DNA of 64,000 bases, from contig CAZVCG010000004.1 in the NCBI GenBank assembly GCA_964626265.1, positions 5,713-69,712 of the forward strand. The letters run 5' to 3'. The stretch comes from an uncultured Rhodospirillaceae bacterium (GTDB lineage Bacteria > Pseudomonadota > Alphaproteobacteria > UBA9219). Below, piece after piece: positions 46,936 through 56,590 of this stretch; the first letter of the stretch is position 1; every line of letters begins with the position of its first letter. A program made the translations under genes and the position numbers. The notes below the pieces were generated by a model. It did no database searches, had not been told where the DNA came from, and worked only from the letters and a program-made list of their open reading frames with translations.

Positions 46936-47680
46936 GCTTCCTGATTACCAAACGCTGATAGTACCCGCCGAAGAAGCTTTCGCGGTCGATGGGCAGACCC
47001 AGCCACTCCTTGGGCAGCCACGCCGTCATGTCGTGCCCCCAGATGTCAGGCGCGAAGGGTTCCAGAAACTTCAGGAACGGCAGATAGAAGTATTTAAGCG
47101 GATGCCACCACTTGGGCTTGCCGAACTCGACGATCAACAACTGGCCGCCGGGCTTGAGCACGCGCCACGCTTCGGCGAATGAGTTGGCGCGAACGTCTTT
47201 TGGTTGCTCATGCGGCAGGAAAAACAGGATTACGCGGTCATAGCTTGTATCGGGGAGTTTCAGGTCTTCCGAGTTGCGCAGCATGATGCGCGCGGGTGAA
47301 TCCGTCCCAAGCTTACGGCGCAGGTTCTTGAGCTGTTCCGGCGAGACGTCGATAACGTCCAGCGTACCGCCCGAAGCGTTCACGCGTTGCATCAACGTGG
47401 GCGTAAAGCTGCCATAGCAGCAGGAGACTTGAAGCGTTCTGCCCGGCAGGTCATGCCCCAACGCCGCCAATCCTGCATCGCGGAGTTGCTTGTACCAGCC
47501 GATGAGAATGAGATTGATGAGCCACTCACGCTCAAAAATGCGCATGGACCACGGCCGGACATACGCCCACCAGTAATACTTTTCCAGATAGTCGGGAATG
47601 GGGAGCAATTCCCCTTCGTAAGCAGGCTTGGCTGAAGAAGCGCCGATCGTCGCGGCGTAATCGGGCGGAGGAGCCGTCAT
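46928..47680 (-). CDS. Methyltransferase-fold protein with degenerate SAM motif I (UbiE/UbiG-like; RquA-like candidate)
   Basis: Class I MTase-like layout (GGTLDVIDVSPEQL, LKPGGQLLIVEF), but the Gly-rich motif I reads TLQVSCCYGSF rather than vLDvGcGtG. Confidence 0.5.
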   Translation of the reverse strand: MTAPPPDYAATIGASSAKPAYEGELLPIPDYLEKYYWWAYVRPWSMRIFEREWLINLILIGWYKQLRDAGLAALGHDLPGRTLQVSCCYGSFTPTLMQRVNASGGTLDVIDVSPEQLKNLRRKLGTDSPARIMLRNSEDLKLPDTSYDRVILFFLPHEQPKDVRANSFAEAWRVLKPGGQLLIVEFGKPKWWHPLKYFYLPFLKFLEPFAPDIWGHDMTAWLPKEWLGLPIDRESFFGGYYQRLVIRKPN

Positions 47681-47700
47681 GGATCAACTACGCCCCTAGA

Positions 47701-47877
47701 TTACGACTTCTTGCTTTCCTTGATCTTGCCTTCCTTGAAGGTAACGTGCTTGCGCACGCGCGGATCGTACTTTTTCAATTCGAGCTTGGTCGTGTTCTTG
47801 GGATTCTTTTTCGTGACGTAAAATACGCCGGTGCCAGCCGAGCTGACGAGCTTAATATCGTTTTTGGCCTTTGCCAT
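47701..47877 (-). CDS. rpmG: 50S ribosomal protein L33
   Basis: [53 protein letters not shown], compared with E. coli L33. Start at ATG 47877; the track ORF is longer. Confidence 0.85.
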   Translation of the reverse strand: MAKAKNDIKLVSSAGTGVFYVTKKNPKNTTKLELKKYDPRVRKHVTFKEGKIKESKKS

Positions 47878-48078
47878 GATCGTAACCACCTGAATGTTAT
47901 GGCCCAATGGATAAGTCCCCCTGAATGGGCACCGTCCCGAGGCCGAAATGGGCTGCAAGCGCGGCAATGTCACGGAAGAGCGCCTTTTTGTCAAGTTTTC
48001 TTCCCAATCCGGCTATAATAGACATTAAGCCCCGAATGGGTTAATCGGAAAAGATCAACATGCATAAAGGTTAACATC

Positions 48079-49902
48079 GTGAATCTGCGGCAAATTCTCC
48101 TCCGTGTACTGGCCGGTATCGGCGCTTTGGCCATCCTCGTCTCTTTGTTGGGAAGCTATGCATTTTACCGCTGGCTGAATGCGCCCGTTACGGTTCCCGA
48201 TGCCCCGGCCAACATGGTTCTGGAACTGGATTTCACGAAACCAGTCGTTGAGCAAACAAAAGGCTTTTCGTTGGCTCTTGGTTCGTTGTTACAGGCAAAG
48301 GAAGAAACGCCGCTTATGGACATCGTGCGCGCGCTCGACCGCGGGAAAGACGATCCGCACGTTAAAGGCGTCGTCGCAAGAATGGGATCTGAAGTCCCCA
48401 GCCTCGTTCACGTTCAGGAAATCCGCTCTGCCATGGAGAGATTCCGCCAAAGCGGCAAGTTCTCCTACATTTTCGCAGTGAGTTATGGAAGTTTCGGGCA
48501 AGGCAATCGGGCCTATTATCTCGCCAGCGCATTCGAGAATATTTGGCTTCAGCCCGTCGGCACGGTCGGCCTCACAGGATTGGGCGTCGAAACGCCCTTC
48601 GCCAAAACCGCGCTCAACAACATCGGCGTGACCGCGGATTTTATGCGCCGCGAGGAATATAAGTCAGTTATGGAAAACGTGACGCGCGACGATTTCTCGC
48701 CGTTCGTGCGCGACAATATGGAAAACTTGCTCAAGAACCTTAGCGAGCAACTCGTGGCGGGCATCGCCGAGAGCCGCAAGCTTGCTCCTGCTAAAGTCCG
48801 CGAATGGATGATGCGCGGTCCTTTCACAGCCAGCGAGGCCTTGCGCGAAGGAATAGTGACGAATATCGGTTATGCCAACGAAATGCTTGAAGTCGCGAAA
48901 GTGATGGGTACCGCTCCTGCCAAAAACAAACCTCTCGTGTCGCCTGTGCGCGTAGATCCTTCTCAATACCTCGCCTTTGCCTATAAAACGCCTGAACCCA
49001 AAGCTAAAGTCGCCTTGATCAACGGGACGGGCCTTATCACTGACGCTCCTTCCGGGCCATCAAGTTTCTCCGAAGACCAAGTCATCGACACGGATAAAAT
49101 CGTGCAAGCGTTCAGCCAAGCCGCGAGTGATGACGATATCGATGCAATCCTCTTTCGCGTAAACAGCCCCGGCGGCTCGCCCGACGCTTCGGAAACCATC
49201 CGCCATGCCATCGTTAAAGCCAAGAAAGCGAACAAGCCCGTTTTCGTTTCCATGGGAGACGTCGCGGCTTCCGGCGGTTACTGGATCGTCATGAACGCCG
49301 ATCACATCGTCGCTCAGCCCGGCACGATCACCGGCTCAATCGGCGTTGTAGCCGGCAAGTTTGTCATCGACGGCCTGTCACAAAAAGTCGGGGTCAAGTG
49401 GGACAGTCTTTCGACGAACGCCAACGCTCTTATGTGGTCGCCGTTGCATCCCTTTACCGAACGCGAACGTGAACGCATGAACGCGCTTCTTGACGATACA
49501 TATACGACGTTCGTGAAAAACGTCGCGGAGGCGCGTAAAATTCCCATGAAAAAGATGCCTGACATCGCCAAAGGCCGCGTATGGACGGGACACCAGGCTA
49601 TCAACGTTGGGCTGGTCGATGAGCTTGGCGGAATGCATACGGCCATAGCCGCCATTAAAAAGCGGCTTAAACTGGAACCTACCGACCTTATCCAGCTTAA
49701 GCTTTTTCCTCCGCCGGAAACGCCCGCCACGCTGTTGATAAAGATTCTGCGTAACCTTGGTGTGGAAGCCGCCCTGTTGGGCAAAGGCCTTGGCATTTTA
49801 CAGCAAACGCGCGAGGTTCTTGGGCCGCTTTGGAATAGCGTGGAATCGCACGGCGCGGTCGCAACACGACTGCCCGCCCATTACATGAGGGTTGTTAAAT
49901 AA
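48079..49902 (+). CDS. sppA: Signal peptide peptidase SppA (67K type, tandem S49 domains)
   Basis: N-terminal TM plus two S49/ClpP-like domains (GSFGQGNRAYYLASAFENIWLQP ... FVSMGDVAASGGYWI). Confidence 0.85.
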   Translation: MNLRQILLRVLAGIGALAILVSLLGSYAFYRWLNAPVTVPDAPANMVLELDFTKPVVEQTKGFSLALGSLLQAKEETPLMDIVRALDRGKDDPHVKGVVARMGSEVPSLVHVQEIRSAMERFRQSGKFSYIFAVSYGSFGQGNRAYYLASAFENIWLQPVGTVGLTGLGVETPFAKTALNNIGVTADFMRREEYKSVMENVTRDDFSPFVRDNMENLLKNLSEQLVAGIAESRKLAPAKVREWMMRGPFTASEALREGIVTNIGYANEMLEVAKVMGTAPAKNKPLVSPVRVDPSQYLAFAYKTPEPKAKVALINGTGLITDAPSGPSSFSEDQVIDTDKIVQAFSQAASDDDIDAILFRVNSPGGSPDASETIRHAIVKAKKANKPVFVSMGDVAASGGYWIVMNADHIVAQPGTITGSIGVVAGKFVIDGLSQKVGVKWDSLSTNANALMWSPLHPFTERERERMNALLDDTYTTFVKNVAEARKIPMKKMPDIAKGRVWTGHQAINVGLVDELGGMHTAIAAIKKRLKLEPTDLIQLKLFPPPETPATLLIKILRNLGVEAALLGKGLGILQQTREVLGPLWNSVESHGAVATRLPAHYMRVVK

Positions 49903-49921
49903 TGTAAATCCTTAGTTCTTT

Positions 49922-50248
49922 CTAAGGGTTATTAATGCACATGCAGGCATCGTGTTCCTTGCAGGGGCACGTGACCGTCGTCGTCTTTTGGGGATCGATG
50001 CATTTTACGTATTTGAATGTTCTAGCGCCATCACTCACAGTAAATTGTCTGATCACAAGGCCTTTTGCGCATGACAACATTATGCCTGTGGAAGTCAGCG
50101 AGCAGGATACGTTGTTGTCCCAGCGTGTGCCCAATTCATTACTGCCGCTTTGGCACGATACCGGAACCTGTTGCGGAGCGGCCATGGCAGGCATCGACGT
50201 AAAACAGATTACAAATAAAAAGGCGAAGAGTATGCTTGTGGAGCGCAT
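49922..50248 (-). CDS. Small secreted cysteine-rich protein (ORFan)
   Basis: Signal peptide (MRSTSILFAFLFVICFTSMPAMAAP); ~85-aa mature chain with 10 Cys, including CPCKEHDACMC. Confidence 0.4.
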   Translation of the reverse strand: MRSTSILFAFLFVICFTSMPAMAAPQQVPVSCQSGSNELGTRWDNNVSCSLTSTGIMLSCAKGLVIRQFTVSDGARTFKYVKCIDPQKTTTVTCPCKEHDACMCINNP

Positions 50249-50334
50249 GTCGGACCTCAGGGTTAAAGAATTTAGCCTTCTATAACTCAAATTTCATACC
50301 AAACTGCCTAACAATCCGTTAATTTCTAAATTTG

Positions 50335-50886
50335 TCAATCCTCGAAATGCCTTTGGCTGGCCCGCCAATAGTCATAGCCGGTGATTACGGTAAACCCACC
50401 GGCTATCCACAGCATAATATCGCCGATCATTGTCGAGGGGATAGACTCCGGCGCATATCTCCCAACGATCAAAAAACCCAAGGCAAAAATTTGGACTACG
50501 GTTTTCCACTTGGCCAATTTGCTCACGGGCACGCTAATCCGTAGCCCTGCAAGGTATTCGCGCAACCCGGAAACGGCTACCTCGCGCAACAGGATGATCA
50601 CGGCAGGCAAAATGGACAGGCCGCTGATCTGCTCATTGAAGACAAGAAGCAATATTACAGAAGCGACCAAAAGCTTGTCGGCAATGGGATCGAGAAATTG
50701 TCCGATACGTGACACCTGATTGTCGCGCCGCGCCAGATAACCATCAAAAAAATCCGTTATGCCGGCAAGCGAATACAGGAACAATGCCGTCCATGCCGCC
50801 CAAGCATAAGGTATAACCAATAGTATAAGGATGGCCGGAATGGCAAGAATGCGGGAAACGGTAAGTTTGTTAGCGAGGGAACTGAA
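50335..50886 (-). CDS. pgsA: CDP-diacylglycerol--glycerol-3-phosphate 3-phosphatidyltransferase
   Basis: CDP-alcohol phosphatidyltransferase motif DFFDGYLAR...G...DPIADK. Immediately downstream of uvrC, as in E. coli. Confidence 0.85.
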   Translation of the reverse strand, partial: FSSLANKLTVSRILAIPAILILLVIPYAWAAWTALFLYSLAGITDFFDGYLARRDNQVSRIGQFLDPIADKLLVASVILLLVFNEQISGLSILPAVIILLREVAVSGLREYLAGLRISVPVSKLAKWKTVVQIFALGFLIVGRYAPESIPSTMIGDIMLWIAGGFTVITGYDYWRASQRHFED

Positions 50887-50931
50887 CATCGTTACAAGCC
50901 GATAGCTAAATGCCAAATATGTTAGGCTACC

Positions 50932-52821
50932 CTACTCCCCTGCGTGAAAATAATCATATATTTTTTTCGCCATAGCCGCGTTGATGCCCGGCGCGCGCCT
51001 AAGCTCGTCCAGACCCGCCCCGGCCACGGCTTTGGCCGAGCCAAAATGGTGCAAAAGCGACCTTTTCCGGCTTGCGCCTATGCCCGGCACATCCTCCAGC
51101 GCCGACCGGCCTATAGCTTTAACCCTTCGTGCCCGGTGCGTCCCTATGGCAAAACGGTGAGCCTCGTCCCTGAGCCTTTGGAGGAAATAGAGAGCGGAGT
51201 CTTCGTGAGGCAGGCTTAAGGGAGCCTTTCCTGCCATAAAAAACCTCTCGCGGCCCGCGTCGCGATCGGGCCCTTTGGCGATAGCGACTACGGCGACATC
51301 AGTTATGCCCAGTTCATGCAAAACGTTCACTGCCTTGTTGAGTTGCCCTTGTCCGCCGTCGATAAGTATAAGATCCGGCCACATGCCGGATTGACGTTCG
51401 GGATCGTCGTCGATCAAACGGCGGAAACGACGCGTCAGAACCTCTTTCATCATCGCGACGTCGTCGCCGCCTTTAGCCTCGCGAATGTTGAACTTGCGGT
51501 AGGTCTTTTTCAAAAAACCTTCCGGCCCGGCCGCGATCATCGCGCCGACCGGAAATCCGCCTTGAATATGCGAGTTGTCGTATACTTCGATGCGTCGGGG
51601 CGGCTCAGCCATACCGAACGTTTCGGCTACGCGTTTGAGGAGGTTTTTCTGCTCGTCGCTTTCAGCCATCTTGCGGCTTAACGCCGATTTGGCGTTTTGG
51701 CGAGCGTGATTAATCAGCCTTTTCTTCTCTCCAAGCTTTGGCACGAACAACGCAACCTTATGTCCCGCTTTTTCCTCAAGAGCCGCCGATAACAAGCGCG
51801 ACTCTGACGGCAGATGGCTTAGCAGCAATTTCGGCGGCACGGGTTTATCGGCGTAAAACTGGCCAATGAAGGCGTTCAACACTTCGGAAACGGGTCTTTG
51901 CCTGTCATGCGTCATAAAATAAGAGCGCGTGCCGTAATTCCGGTCCGCACGAAAAAAGAAAAGCTGAATCGCCGTCCGCCCGCCTTCCTGATGCGCAGCT
52001 ATGACGTCTGCATCACCCAAACCCGTACGGTGAATATCCTGACGTGCCTGCATACTTGTCAGCACCTTGATACGGTCGCGCAAAACGGCGGCTCGTTCGT
52101 AAGCCTGCGCATCGCTGGCCCGTTGCATTTCGGCGGCGAGCTTCTTTTGCACCTGTTGGCTTTTCCCACGCAGGAAATCTCGCGCTTCATCGACCTGAAG
52201 AGCGTAGGCCTCTTTCGTGACCTTTGAGACGCACGGGGCAGTGCAACGCTTGATGTGAAATTGCAGACAAGGCCGCGTCCGCGCCTCGAAGAAGGAATTG
52301 GAGCAGTTACGCAGCATGAAAGCGCGTTGCATCAGCGCAATCGTCTCATCCACCGATCCTCCGGAAGCGAATGGCCCGAAATACCAACCTTTGCGCGTTT
52401 GAGCCCCGCGATGCTTCAAAAGCTGCGGAAAATCATGATCGCGGGTGATGACTATATACGGATAGCTCTTGTCGTCGCGGAACAGAATATTGAACGGCGG
52501 CATGAAACGCTGGATCAGGCTGGCTTCCAGCAACAGGGCTTCGGCTTCGGTGCGCGTGACGACGATTTCCATTCCGCCCGTCTGCGCCACCATGCGCTGA
52601 ATACGGTTCGGCAAGCGCGCGCGTTGCGTATACGAAGTTACGCGCTTTTTAAGGTTTTTAGCCTTGCCGACGTAAAGCACCGCGCCTTTGTCGCTCAGCA
52701 TCCGATACACGCCCGGCTGCTCCGGCATGGTTTTTAATTGGCCGCGTATAACCTCCGCGCCGACGTCGAATCCGCCGCGTTTATTTTTTTTAGACTTTGT
52801 TGTGTTCTCACTCATGCTCAT
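50932..52821 (-). CDS. uvrC: Excinuclease ABC subunit C
   Basis: GIY-YIG N-terminus (GVYRMLSDKGAVLYVGKAKNLKKRVTSY), UvrBC-interaction region, RNase-H-like endonuclease domain, HhH; 629 aa. Confidence 0.95.
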   Translation of the reverse strand: MSMSENTTKSKKNKRGGFDVGAEVIRGQLKTMPEQPGVYRMLSDKGAVLYVGKAKNLKKRVTSYTQRARLPNRIQRMVAQTGGMEIVVTRTEAEALLLEASLIQRFMPPFNILFRDDKSYPYIVITRDHDFPQLLKHRGAQTRKGWYFGPFASGGSVDETIALMQRAFMLRNCSNSFFEARTRPCLQFHIKRCTAPCVSKVTKEAYALQVDEARDFLRGKSQQVQKKLAAEMQRASDAQAYERAAVLRDRIKVLTSMQARQDIHRTGLGDADVIAAHQEGGRTAIQLFFFRADRNYGTRSYFMTHDRQRPVSEVLNAFIGQFYADKPVPPKLLLSHLPSESRLLSAALEEKAGHKVALFVPKLGEKKRLINHARQNAKSALSRKMAESDEQKNLLKRVAETFGMAEPPRRIEVYDNSHIQGGFPVGAMIAAGPEGFLKKTYRKFNIREAKGGDDVAMMKEVLTRRFRRLIDDDPERQSGMWPDLILIDGGQGQLNKAVNVLHELGITDVAVVAIAKGPDRDAGRERFFMAGKAPLSLPHEDSALYFLQRLRDEAHRFAIGTHRARRVKAIGRSALEDVPGIGASRKRSLLHHFGSAKAVAGAGLDELRRAPGINAAMAKKIYDYFHAGE

Positions 52822-53029
52822 GCTTCGTCTTGCAGGGTGTTCTTATCGGGCTTTCTAACACACAACGAGAGTTCAATAAAAACATAGACCTATAAATAAC
52901 CGTTTTAAATATTGTTACCGCCGAATGAACCCAAAAAATTACAGTTATTCCTTGTCTGCATTTTACATAAGGTGTAATATTACGGCTTGCGTCCCTTATC
53001 ATCGTTCAACAGACAGAAAGGGATTTCGT

Positions 53030-53503
53030 ATGCCTATCGTTCGTTTTTTCTCGAATCCTCTTATGGCTGTTATCGTTCTAGGCGCGCTCGCAAGTTGCGG
53101 CGAGCCACGGGCGGTTATGCTTCCTCTGCAATATCCCAACGGAGCATCCGTGACGACGACAACCGGCGAGCCTCTCATGGCGGGCTTTCAAACGTACGGT
53201 TCGCCGATGCACGCAAACGCAACGGCTCTTTACGAACAGGCCAAAGCTCCATCGTGCGCGACGTGCGCAAGGATAGGCGCCGTCGTTTCCGAGCCAAGCA
53301 ACGTCCGGCAAATTACGGGAGTCGTCGGTACCGCAGCTATTGGATCCGGCGCGGTCATGACGGGGATCGGAGTCATGGAATATGGTCACGCCGCGGCAGA
53401 CGGCAAACTCAAGGATAATATAACTCAAAATTCAACATCAACCTCAGGGGCTTCGTCGAAATCTTCTTCCAAGTCATCCGCTTTAGCTATCGCGGACGAT
53501 TGA
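53030..53503 (+). CDS. Hypothetical lipoprotein
   Basis: Lipobox (LGALASC) after the signal peptide; Ser/Thr-rich C-terminus. Start at ATG 53030 after AAAGGGA. Confidence 0.45.
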   Translation: MPIVRFFSNPLMAVIVLGALASCGEPRAVMLPLQYPNGASVTTTTGEPLMAGFQTYGSPMHANATALYEQAKAPSCATCARIGAVVSEPSNVRQITGVVGTAAIGSGAVMTGIGVMEYGHAAADGKLKDNITQNSTSTSGASSKSSSKSSALAIADD

Positions 53504-53625
53504 TTTCAAAAAGAGAGCCCTTAAGGCACGGACATAATGTTGCCTTAGACTCACTATTACTGATTAACGCTATATCAAGCATAGAAGGAGTATCCGGACT
53601 TTCCTAAATCAGGGGGAAATTATCA

Positions 53626-55437
53626 ATGTTTCGTCTTCAATCATGGATCGACAAGGTTATGGCCTCTGTCTGGGGACAGGACGAGGAAGTAATATACGAT
53701 CCCTTTTGGGAAGACATGCAGCGCTTTGGGGAGCCGAAGCCTCGAAACGGCGAATTTGAGCCTGATATTCAGGAAACATTCACGGCGTTAACGGCAGCTA
53801 TCGACGCCTATGTTCAGGAATCCATAGCGGCAGTTGGCGCGACGTGGAACAAGACCATCGTTCGCGGCGAAGCGCGCTTTTTGCGCAGATTACGGCATCG
53901 CCCGGTTAAATATTCCGCTATACGCGAAAATCGAATCTTTGCGGCTTCAAATGCCATACATGCCACATCGAAAGACCGCATCTTACCCCAGGCTAAAAGT
54001 GACAATAAAACTTCACCTACGGTACAGCCAAAGCATAGCGCAATTCGTGTTATCGCTTCGCGTCTCCAGCACCATTTGACCTCTGCGGAGTTCTGGCTGG
54101 GCGTTGTTTTCGGCGCAGCGACGCGCATAAGCACAAGAATGCTCATATTCGCCGCTTTTCAGGACTCCCCCGGTCTTGGCGCCGCAGTCGGGTTTCTGGC
54201 CTGCGCCGTCGCGGGCGTATTGGCGGGCATGGTGACCTATCTCGTTCGAACGCGTTACCGTAATGCGCGCGCCAAGGGCATCGAGCTGGAGCCTTATTGG
54301 TGTAAAGGGCTGTTCGAAAGCGCTCTTATAGGTTTATTTGGCGGGATGATCGGCGGATATGCCGTCAATGCGAGTGCCGTTATTTCACAGTCCAGCGGGC
54401 TAGCCATTGGCGCTACTGCCGGTGTTGCGGCTGGCGTAATCCATGCAGGCGTAAAGATATATGGAGCGGCGCCATCACAGCGCAGCAAGATGCGCTGGAG
54501 CAAATTTGTTTTTCAAAGCGCGTTGTTCGGCGTTTTCGGAGGAGCGTTAGGCGTTACGTTTGGCGAGCTTTTGGGCACGAACGCTTCCGTGGCGGCTTCG
54601 GTTCCGGTGGGAGAAGCTGGATCTGTTATTTACGTCCCTCCTGCGTCCCCGACACAGCCTGTATCTGATTTCTGCCGCGACTGCGGCCATCCTCCGCCTC
54701 CGCCGCAACAGCCCATAGCGGCACCAGTACAAACAGTTCACGTCGCTCCTGTCGAGCCGCAGGATGCCGGGCACAAGCTGGTCGAAAAACAGGCTCCTCA
54801 GCCAAAACATCAGCCATCGCGACCACATGCGCACAAGCATTTGAAGACTCATACAAAAACTCACACGCATGAACATACGCACCGGCACACGCACGCGCAT
54901 AAGCACCCGCATCACGTAGAGTCTCATGCGAAAAAAATCACGAAAGTCCGGCATCTAAAAAAGCTCAGGCCCGCCATAAAAATGGACGACAGATACATCG
55001 TTCTGGACAAGCCAAAATACCTGACCCCGCCGCCGCAAGCCGTTCAGCCGCCGCCACCCGTCAAAGTAATTATGCCGCCCCCGCCGCCTGTCGATCCTTG
55101 CGACGTGGGTCATTGCGCGCCTTCGTGCGACACTGTCAAAATCGACGTGAAAGGTCCTTGCAGCGATCCAAGCGTGCCCTGCGTGCAAAAGGTTGTATTC
55201 AATGCGGACGGCGAGGCGACGAAAGTTGTGCTTGAATCGCGCGTCATGCACGCCGCAGAACCTTATTATGAAATAGAATCCCCCAAAGGGGTCACCGCGG
55301 TGAACTGGCGGCACGCAGGACAAAGCGTCGCTAACGCCATGCGAGCCAATGACGAGAATATCAAGGTCTCGCTGCTGATGCCGATAGCCAACAATGCGAC
55401 TCTGGCCCTCGCGAACGCCGGCCCTATGCCAGTGTAA
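53626..55437 (+). CDS. Large hypothetical membrane protein with glycine-zipper TM segments and His-rich/Pro-rich low-complexity regions (ORFan)
   Basis: 603 aa; TM segments (GLFGGMIGGYAV, ALFGVFGGALGVTFG); HAHKHLKTHTKTHTHEHTHRHTHAHKHPHH; PPPPQQP and PPPPV tracts; Cys-rich CAPSCDTVKIDVKGPCSDPSVPC. Confidence 0.45.
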   Translation: MFRLQSWIDKVMASVWGQDEEVIYDPFWEDMQRFGEPKPRNGEFEPDIQETFTALTAAIDAYVQESIAAVGATWNKTIVRGEARFLRRLRHRPVKYSAIRENRIFAASNAIHATSKDRILPQAKSDNKTSPTVQPKHSAIRVIASRLQHHLTSAEFWLGVVFGAATRISTRMLIFAAFQDSPGLGAAVGFLACAVAGVLAGMVTYLVRTRYRNARAKGIELEPYWCKGLFESALIGLFGGMIGGYAVNASAVISQSSGLAIGATAGVAAGVIHAGVKIYGAAPSQRSKMRWSKFVFQSALFGVFGGALGVTFGELLGTNASVAASVPVGEAGSVIYVPPASPTQPVSDFCRDCGHPPPPPQQPIAAPVQTVHVAPVEPQDAGHKLVEKQAPQPKHQPSRPHAHKHLKTHTKTHTHEHTHRHTHAHKHPHHVESHAKKITKVRHLKKLRPAIKMDDRYIVLDKPKYLTPPPQAVQPPPPVKVIMPPPPPVDPCDVGHCAPSCDTVKIDVKGPCSDPSVPCVQKVVFNADGEATKVVLESRVMHAAEPYYEIESPKGVTAVNWRHAGQSVANAMRANDENIKVSLLMPIANNATLALANAGPMPV

Positions 55438-55499
55438 CTTATTTAGACGCATAGAATATTGGTTGGCTTGCCAGCCGAAGCGGCTATTGCCGCAAAGGC

Positions 55500-55576
55500 T
55501 GGTCGGGGCGCCGAGATTCGAACTCGGGACCTCTAGTACCCAAAACTAGCGCGCTACCAGACTGCGCTACGCCCCG
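55500..55576 (-). tRNA. tRNA-Pro (anticodon UGG)
   Basis: Reverse complement folds as a cloverleaf: acceptor CGGGGCG/CGCCCCG, D-arm GCGC-AGTCTGGTA-GCGC, anticodon arm CTAGT-TTTGGGT-ACTAG (UGG), T-arm CCGAG-TTCGAATC-TCGG, and an encoded CCA. Confidence 0.85.
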
Positions 55577-55892
55577 CCATGTCTTTAGGATCATGAAACC
55601 TAGCGGAACGAAGGCGTTTGTTCAAATGTTTCGCTTAAACCATTATTTATACACAAGCCATTGAAATAATGAAAAAAAGCCCGGCTTATAGCCGGGCAAG
55701 TTTGGGCCTTACAAGAATAAGGAGACTATCGCATATAAGCGCCCGGAAACGGCCCCAAGCTTATCCGCTAGAAAACCTCAAAGCGTTTCCGGACAATATG
55801 AGTAATATTCTGTGTTTTTGTTTTCGGATTGACCGTACTATGGCTAACGCATGGCAAATTCTTGCGCCATATTTCCGACATCTCAACACGCT

Positions 55893-56540
55893 ATGCGGAT
55901 TATCATGCTGAAAAAATTACTTTGGTTATTACACATCGTTTCCTTACCGGCTTCGGCTTTCGCAGCGGATTTTGGGCCAACGCAAAAACTCGACGCGCAA
56001 CACATATTGCGCGGCAGATTTATCCAGACGCATCAGCGGCGGTTGCCAAATAAACCTGTCCGTTCGGAGGGCCGTTTCGTCGTTGCTCCAAAATTGGGAT
56101 TGATATTCGCCTATGAGAAGCCGATTCCACTCACGCTTATAGTTACGCCGACGAACATGGTTCAGTCCATCGGCGGTATGACGCTCGCTTCGCAGACCAT
56201 AATAAACGAGCAGTTCTTCAACCGCTTGCCGGGCATGATGATTTACGCGCTATCGGGCGACTTCAACAATCTGGGGAAATATTTCGAGATATCGAAGGAT
56301 CAGGACAAGACCACCTCTAAATGGCGAGTCCACATGACCCCAAAAGGTCCGGAGTGCGGCAGCAATCTTTTTAAATCAATATCGGCGAGCGGCGATAAAT
56401 TCGTGGATCAGGCGGAAGTCCAGCGGCTCGACAATCTCTATGACTTTTTCATTTTTCACGATCAAACTATCGGCGATGACGCTTTAACAAGCGATGAACT
56501 CGCCGATTTCAGAAAAACGCTTCCCAAGGCCACGCATTAA
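55893..56540 (+). CDS. LolA-like periplasmic lipoprotein-carrier family protein
   Basis: Signal peptide (MRIIMLKKLLWLLHIVSLPASAFAA). The LRGRFIQTHQ...SEGRFVVAP..GLIFAYEKP pattern resembles LolA/LolA-like proteins. Start uncertain. Confidence 0.5.
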   Translation: MRIIMLKKLLWLLHIVSLPASAFAADFGPTQKLDAQHILRGRFIQTHQRRLPNKPVRSEGRFVVAPKLGLIFAYEKPIPLTLIVTPTNMVQSIGGMTLASQTIINEQFFNRLPGMMIYALSGDFNNLGKYFEISKDQDKTTSKWRVHMTPKGPECGSNLFKSISASGDKFVDQAEVQRLDNLYDFFIFHDQTIGDDALTSDELADFRKTLPKATH

Positions 56541-56590
56541 AAGGGCCGGGGTTGTCGCCCCAGCCCTTTCATGCATAATTATGCCGAAGA

